Positions 58,627 to 64,000 of a stretch of 64,000 nt of DNA are shown here, piece by piece. The stretch spans positions 104,470-168,469 of the forward strand of contig JABWCP010000006.1 in NCBI GenBank assembly GCA_013360215.1. The letters are read 5' to 3'. The notes beneath the pieces were generated by a model. It was not told the origin of the DNA, did no database searches, and saw only the letters and a program-made list of their open reading frames with translations. Numbering within the stretch: the stretch's first letter is position 1; each line of letters opens with the position of its first letter. The stretch comes from a bacterium (GTDB lineage: Bacteria > CLD3 > SB21). A program made the position numbers and the translations under genes.

Positions 58627-58655
58627 TTCATACATCTAAACAGGAGTTCAGTTCA

Positions 58656-59021
58656 ATGCCGGGTTTTCTCACAACAATCAAATATGTGTGCATATACGCA
58701 TCGGATTTTGACCGTTCATTGGCATTTTATCGTGACGGCCTCGGCCTCCAGGTAACATACAAAGAAGACGGTTTTGCACAGTTTAATACCGAAGGTACGA
58801 TACTCACGCTCGAAAAAGACGGGTTTCGTTCCGATGAGCCCAAAGACTACCGCAAAGTGGGTTTCTTAATCCAATTTGAAGTGGAAGATATCGAAAAAGC
58901 GGTTACCGCACTTAAAGCCAAAAATGTGAAATTCACCCAAACGATTACAGATAAAGAATTCGGTCGTACGGCGATCATTGTTGATCCGGACGGCAATCAG
59001 ATCATGTTGCTGGAGCAGTAA
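58656..59021 (+). CDS. VOC/glyoxalase family protein
   Basis: DFDRSLAFYRDGLGL, FEVEDIE, DPDGNQI. Confidence 0.9.
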   Translation: MPGFLTTIKYVCIYASDFDRSLAFYRDGLGLQVTYKEDGFAQFNTEGTILTLEKDGFRSDEPKDYRKVGFLIQFEVEDIEKAVTALKAKNVKFTQTITDKEFGRTAIIVDPDGNQIMLLEQ

Positions 59022-59079
59022 ACGAATTGCTCGGATTCATTTTTTTTGGGTGCGAATGTAAAATTTCACAGAGGTTCTC

Positions 59080-60054
59080 ATGGCTAATATTACATATCTC
59101 GAAGCCATTTCGATGGGTTTGCGCGAAGAGATGCAGCGCGACGGCAATGTATTTCTGATCGGTGAAGACATCGGTGTCTATGGCGGCGCGTTCAAAGTAA
59201 CCAAAGGATTTATCGACGAGTTTGGCGCCGAGCGTGTTATGGATACGCCGATTTCCGAAGCCGGTATTATCGGTGTGTGTGTAGGCTCCGCGCTTATGGG
59301 GATGCGTCCCGTGGCGGAAATGCAGTTTGCCGATTTTATTTCCTGCGGATTCAATCAGCTTGTCAATCAGGCCGCTAAAATTCACTACCGATGGGGCGAG
59401 GCGGTACCGATGGTCGTTCGTTGTCCCTCGGGCGGTGGCGTGCACGGCGGTCCTTTTCACTCACAAAATCCCGAAGCATGGTTTTTTCACGTACCGGGAT
59501 TAAAAGTGGTTTCCCCGTCAACGCCCTACGATGCCAAAGGGTTGATCAAAGCGGCGATTCGTGACAATAATCCTGTATTATATTTTGAGCACAAGTTTTT
59601 GTATCGTCGTATCAAAGGGGAAGTTCCGGAAGACGACTACATCGTGCCGATCGGCAAAGGGGACATCAAGCGCGAAGGTAAAGACATGACGGTCGTGGCG
59701 TACAGTTCGGCTGTGCATTGGGCGCTCGAAGCGGCAGAGATCATCGAAAAAGAGGGCGTCAGCGTCGAAGTGCTCGATCTGCGCAGCATTTTACCGTACG
59801 ATAAGGAACTGATTCTCCAATCGGTTCGCAAAACCAATCGAGTCATCGTCGCTCACGAAGCTACGCTAACCGGCGGGGTCGGTGGCGATATTGCAGCGTT
59901 CATCACCGAACACGCTTTTGAATCGCTCGATGCGCCGGTGAAACGACTTGCGGCGATTGATACACCCGTGCCGTACAGCCCGCCACTCGAAGCATATTTC
60001 CTTCCCAACAAGGACAAAATGCTGGCGATGATGCGCGAGCTCGCGGCTTACTGA
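59080..60054 (+). CDS. 2-oxoacid dehydrogenase E1 beta subunit
   Basis: GEDIGVYGGAF, DTPISE, EMQFADF, GPFHSQ, EHKFLY. Confidence 0.95.
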   Translation: MANITYLEAISMGLREEMQRDGNVFLIGEDIGVYGGAFKVTKGFIDEFGAERVMDTPISEAGIIGVCVGSALMGMRPVAEMQFADFISCGFNQLVNQAAKIHYRWGEAVPMVVRCPSGGGVHGGPFHSQNPEAWFFHVPGLKVVSPSTPYDAKGLIKAAIRDNNPVLYFEHKFLYRRIKGEVPEDDYIVPIGKGDIKREGKDMTVVAYSSAVHWALEAAEIIEKEGVSVEVLDLRSILPYDKELILQSVRKTNRVIVAHEATLTGGVGGDIAAFITEHAFESLDAPVKRLAAIDTPVPYSPPLEAYFLPNKDKMLAMMRELAAY

Positions 60055-60063
60055 TCGAACATC

Positions 60064-60738
60064 ATGCAGAAACGTTGGTTTAATATACTTTCAATAATTT
60101 CACTGGTACTCTTTGGTGCCGGTGATTTTATTTTGAAGGCCTCGGATAAAGGCGAGGGACAGGAACTTCATGCAAACCGTTTTCTTGCGGATGCTTTGGA
60201 GGACGCCCGTCATAATTATGCAGGTCGCACCATTCCCGCATCGGCTGTCGTGAAGTTTGAAGTATATCGCGGTTTTCTTGCGGATATCAATAAAGACGGC
60301 GAATCCGAATATATCGTGGCCGGCACGATTACGGGCCTGGATATCAATTACGTCATGGTGTATCTGTGGAAGAACGAAAAATGGCTCTGTACTGTGCTCA
60401 ATAGCGGTCTCGGCGGAGGCATTGCCGACTTACAGTTGTTGGATGTGAATCAGGACGGCACAGAGGAAATATATTCGGTCATCAAAGACGAAAAACAAAA
60501 ACAACACTGCCGTATCGACGGATTTTGTAAAGACCTGAGCAGCGAATTGTCACCGATGTTTTGTTGGAATGCAGAAGATGGAATGAGCATTTCACAAAAC
60601 ATTCTGCTCATCGAAAAAAGCGGGATGCGCTGTGTGCGGGTGGACGAAATCCGGTATCCGGAATCGGAAGACGGAGATATCCAGCAACAAACGTATTATT
60701 ATGTATATGAAAACGGAAAATTTGTACGGGGACAATAG
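60064..60738 (+). CDS. Hypothetical exported protein with DxNxDG (FG-GAP-like) motifs
   Basis: Signal-like N-terminus; DINKDGESEY and DVNQDGTEEI. Confidence 0.65.
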   Translation: MQKRWFNILSIISLVLFGAGDFILKASDKGEGQELHANRFLADALEDARHNYAGRTIPASAVVKFEVYRGFLADINKDGESEYIVAGTITGLDINYVMVYLWKNEKWLCTVLNSGLGGGIADLQLLDVNQDGTEEIYSVIKDEKQKQHCRIDGFCKDLSSELSPMFCWNAEDGMSISQNILLIEKSGMRCVRVDEIRYPESEDGDIQQQTYYYVYENGKFVRGQ

Positions 60739-60747
60739 AGGTGTAAT

Positions 60748-60951
60748 ATGAAAATGTTGTGGCTTGTAAAGTTATATTGGATATGGATAGTTCTCGGCCT
60801 GATTATTTTAATTCCGGCTGTTATCCCTCCGGGACTGGACATGTTCAATGCATTCTTTGGCTTTGCGGTAGTAGTTGTCGGATTGGTTTTTCGACGTGCG
60901 ATGCAAAGCGATACGCTTCGCCAGCGCATTGATCGCAATTTGAATTCGTAA
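60748..60951 (+). CDS. Small two-TM membrane protein
   Basis: SD GAGG; 67 aa; two hydrophobic segments; fills the operon gap. Confidence 0.65.
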   Translation: MKMLWLVKLYWIWIVLGLIILIPAVIPPGLDMFNAFFGFAVVVVGLVFRRAMQSDTLRQRIDRNLNS

Positions 60952-60975
60952 CATTTTATTTATAGGAATTTATTC

Positions 60976-62463
60976 ATGGCTCAGAAATTTCAGAATTATA
61001 TCAACGGAAAATGGCAAGATGCCAAGTCCGGTGCCACCTTTGAAAATCGTAATCCCGCCAATTGGGATGAAGTGATCGGTTTATTTCCCAAATCAGGAAA
61101 AGAAGATGTGCAGGAAGCCGTGGAAGCGGCCGCGGCCGCATGGGATAAATGGCGTTTGATGCCGGCTCCCAAACGCGGCGACATATTGCGCAAAGTAGGC
61201 GATATTCTCGTTGCGCGTAAAGACGAGTTTGCCCGTGAAATGACACGGGAAATGGGCAAAGTCGTAGCGGAAACAAAAGGCGATGTACAAGAAGGTATTG
61301 ATACAGCCTATTACGCAGCGACCGAAGGGCGCCGTCTTTTCGGTCATACTGTTCCTTCGGAATTGGCCAATAAATTTGCCATGTCGGTTCGTATGCCGAT
61401 CGGTGTTGCGGGGTTGATTTGTCCGTTTAATTTTCCGTTAGCCATACCGACGTGGAAGATGTTCCCGGCGCTGCTTTGCGGGAATACTGTCGTTTTCAAA
61501 CCGGCTGAAGACACGCCGAAAACCGGAAGTATGTTGCTCGAAGTTTTGATCGAAGCGGGAATTCCGGCAGGCGTAGTTAACCTTGTGCACGGTTTCGGTG
61601 AAGATGTCGGCGCGACGATCGTAAGTCATCCGAAAATTGATCTGATCAGCTTTACCGGTTCGTCCCAAACCGGCAGTATGATCGCATCACAATGCGGTAA
61701 AGACCTTAAGCATGTTTCCCTTGAGATGGGCGGAAAAAATGCGCAAGTCGTTATGGACGATGCCAATCTCGAATTGGCTCTTGACGGCGTTTTATGGGGT
61801 GCATTCGGTACGACAGGACAACGTTGTACTGCAACGAGCCGATTGATTTTGCACGAAGCGATTCATGATAAATTTGTAGATATGCTGATCAAGGCGGCTC
61901 AGAAACTTGTCATCGGTGACGGTCTTAAGCCCGGAAATCAAGTCGGGCCGTTGATTCACGAAGAATCACTCAAAAAAGTTCAGCGTTATGTCGAGATCGG
62001 TAAGAGCGAGGGCGCAAAACTGGTGCTCGGCGGTGAACGCCATACCGACGGCGATTGTGCCAAAGGATGGTTCTTTAAACCCACGATTTTTACCGATGTC
62101 AAAGCAGGCATGCGTATCGAACAAGAAGAAATTTTCGGTCCCGTGCTTTCAGTGATCAAAGTAAAAAATATTGATGAAGCGATCACGGTGCTTAACGGTA
62201 CCAAATACGGCTTATCTTCATCGGTCTATACCAAAGATGTCAATAACAGCTTCAAAGCCATGCGCGACATCAAAACCGGTATCACGTATATCAATGCACC
62301 GACGATCGGTGCCGAAGCGCATTTGCCTTTTGGCGGTGTCAAAGCTACGGGTAACGGACACCGTGAAGGCGGTTGGCCGGTATTTGATTTTTACAGTGAA
62401 ACCAAAACAGTATACGTGGACTATAGCGATAAACTGCAACGTGCACAGATTGATAATTACTAA
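60976..62463 (+). CDS. Aldehyde dehydrogenase (possible piperideine-6-carboxylate/aminoadipate-semialdehyde dehydrogenase)
   Basis: PFNFP, FTGS, LEMGGKN, GQRCT, EEIFGP; adjacent to lat. Confidence 0.92.
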   Translation: MAQKFQNYINGKWQDAKSGATFENRNPANWDEVIGLFPKSGKEDVQEAVEAAAAAWDKWRLMPAPKRGDILRKVGDILVARKDEFAREMTREMGKVVAETKGDVQEGIDTAYYAATEGRRLFGHTVPSELANKFAMSVRMPIGVAGLICPFNFPLAIPTWKMFPALLCGNTVVFKPAEDTPKTGSMLLEVLIEAGIPAGVVNLVHGFGEDVGATIVSHPKIDLISFTGSSQTGSMIASQCGKDLKHVSLEMGGKNAQVVMDDANLELALDGVLWGAFGTTGQRCTATSRLILHEAIHDKFVDMLIKAAQKLVIGDGLKPGNQVGPLIHEESLKKVQRYVEIGKSEGAKLVLGGERHTDGDCAKGWFFKPTIFTDVKAGMRIEQEEIFGPVLSVIKVKNIDEAITVLNGTKYGLSSSVYTKDVNNSFKAMRDIKTGITYINAPTIGAEAHLPFGGVKATGNGHREGGWPVFDFYSETKTVYVDYSDKLQRAQIDNY

Positions 62464-62469
62464 AAAACC

Positions 62470-62589
62470 ATGAGTGAATTTTTCCAAAATACATCCAACG
62501 GCACAGCGCAACGTCGGGGATGGCTTCTGCAACAAGAAGCTGTCGGTGAAGTGCGTCATTGCTTGCTCAAACCGGAATGGCGCGTGTGA
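62470..62589 (+). CDS. Possible 39-aa small ORF
   Basis: MSEFFQNTSNGTAQRRGWLLQQEAVGEVRHCLLKPEWRV starts 6 nt after the ALDH stop; no clear SD. Confidence 0.25.
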   Translation: MSEFFQNTSNGTAQRRGWLLQQEAVGEVRHCLLKPEWRV

Positions 62590-62639
62590 GATCGGTTCTT
62601 TTTGTAAATAATTTTTAATTATTAAAAAAGGATACCGAC

Positions 62640-63992
62640 ATGGAAAAAATTCAAATCAAACCGCAAGAAGTTCACGAAACACTCAAAAAACACATTCTCG
62701 CCGATGGTTACGATTTTGTACTCGATACAAAAAAGAGCCACGGTTCATGGGTAGTAGATTCTAAAACCGGTAAAGAATATCTGGATTTTTATTCGTTTTT
62801 TGGATCGTCTCCGATCGGTATGAATCACCCGGCCATGATGACGCCAGAATTTCGTGAAGGGCTCATTGATGCCGCGACCAATAACCCTGCGAATGCCGAT
62901 GTATATACGGTAGCGATGGCCGAATTCGTTGCGACATTCGAAAAAACCGGTATTCCCGAATATCTTCCTCACATGTTTATGATTTCCGGCGGCGCTTTGG
63001 CCATCGAAAATGCGCTTAAAACGGCGTTTGACTGGAAGGTTCGTAAACAACACCCCAACGGGTTCAGTTCGATCGAGCAAGAAGAAGACTACGTCAATTC
63101 CATGAAAGTGATTTATTTCAAGGAAGCATTTCACGGTCGTAGCGGCTATACGATGACGATGACCAATACGCATTATCGGTATAAAGTGCAGTATTTCCCG
63201 AAATTCAACTGGATCAAAGCACCAAACCCCAAGATGGTATTTCCTTTAAATGATACCAATCTTGCCGACATCAAAAAACGGGAAGAAGAATCTTTAACAT
63301 TTATTCGCGAACAAGTTAAGCGTTATAAAAATCAAATCGCCGCGTTGATTTTAGAGCCGATTCAGGCCGAAGGCGGGGATAATCATTTCCGCGTTGAATT
63401 TCACAAAGAGCTGCGAAAAATCTGTGATGAAAACGAAATCATCATGATCTACGATGAAGTGCAGACCGGCGTCGGTCTAACCGGTAGCTTTTGGGCGCAT
63501 GAAAAAATCGGCGTTAAGCCCGATATTCTTGCGTTCGGAAAAAAAATGCAGGTATGCGGTATTCTTGCCGGTAAACGTATTGATGAAGTAAAAGATAACG
63601 TATTTCAAAAATCGGGACGAATCAATTCGACCTGGGGCGGGAATTTGGCGGATATGTACCGTGCGACGTGGTATCTTCGTATTATAGAATCAGAAAAATT
63701 GGTTGAAAATGCAGATAAAGTCGGAGCTCATTTGCTTGGCAAACTGCAAGATCTGACCAAAGATTTTAAACAAGTGACCAATGTACGCGGAGCCGGTCTG
63801 ATGATCGCATTTGATTTACCGACCGAACAACTTCGTGATGCCGTCCATAAAAAAACGCCGGAATTCGGTTTGTTGGTTTTGAAATGCGGCGAAAAAACAA
63901 TTCGGCTTCGACCGGCACTGAACCTGACGATGGCGGAAGCCGATATGGGTGTCGAACGAATTGCGAAATCTTTAAAAGAAATCTTGAAATAA
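62640..63992 (+). CDS. lat: L-lysine 6-transaminase (class III PLP aminotransferase)
   Basis: HILADG, GGALAIENALKTAFDWK, AFHGRSGY, EPIQAEGGDNH, DEVQTG, FGKK, RINSTWGGNL. Confidence 0.92.
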   Translation: MEKIQIKPQEVHETLKKHILADGYDFVLDTKKSHGSWVVDSKTGKEYLDFYSFFGSSPIGMNHPAMMTPEFREGLIDAATNNPANADVYTVAMAEFVATFEKTGIPEYLPHMFMISGGALAIENALKTAFDWKVRKQHPNGFSSIEQEEDYVNSMKVIYFKEAFHGRSGYTMTMTNTHYRYKVQYFPKFNWIKAPNPKMVFPLNDTNLADIKKREEESLTFIREQVKRYKNQIAALILEPIQAEGGDNHFRVEFHKELRKICDENEIIMIYDEVQTGVGLTGSFWAHEKIGVKPDILAFGKKMQVCGILAGKRIDEVKDNVFQKSGRINSTWGGNLADMYRATWYLRIIESEKLVENADKVGAHLLGKLQDLTKDFKQVTNVRGAGLMIAFDLPTEQLRDAVHKKTPEFGLLVLKCGEKTIRLRPALNLTMAEADMGVERIAKSLKEILK

Positions 63993-64000
63993 TAAATAAT

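Noticed and set aside
7475-63173. Numerous 60-220 aa ORFs overlapping the called genes on the opposite strand or in other frames
   Set aside because: They have no recognisable motifs and lie within well-supported genes, as expected for shadow ORFs.

Overview
This is a gene-dense chromosomal window of about 60 CDS. It probably comes from an FCB-superphylum bacterium, inferred from NYPNPFNPST-type C-terminal sorting domains, a group II GGGP synthase and a CxxxY-type CcmE. I found no rRNA, tRNA, CRISPR array or mobile element. Contents in order: a SigR/RsrA-like ECF sigma/zinc anti-sigma pair; glnE, a LexA-peptidase-only gene and nadE; pccB and an orphan parA; a Wsp/Che3-like chemosensory operon with GGGP synthase and a DUF2064 glycosyltransferase embedded in it; a CHASE4/NarL two-component system next to a 1597-aa repeat surface protein; ruvC; a V4R-ParA-V4R-disordered protein operon; tandem E1-alpha genes; an arsenosugar-type cluster (AhpD-like, arsS, PiT, arsM); a phosphate-scavenging locus; E1-beta; and an ALDH-lat pair. 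Best candidates for new biology: (1) the V4R/ParA four-gene operon; (2) the chemosensory operon, which carries an ether-lipid enzyme and ends in a His-less pseudokinase; (3) an identical GGAAT-N17-GTT ECF promoter in front of the sigma gene and the arsenosugar operon; (4) a ~123-nt structured RNA candidate upstream of nadE. All family calls come from motif recognition by eye, not database searches.
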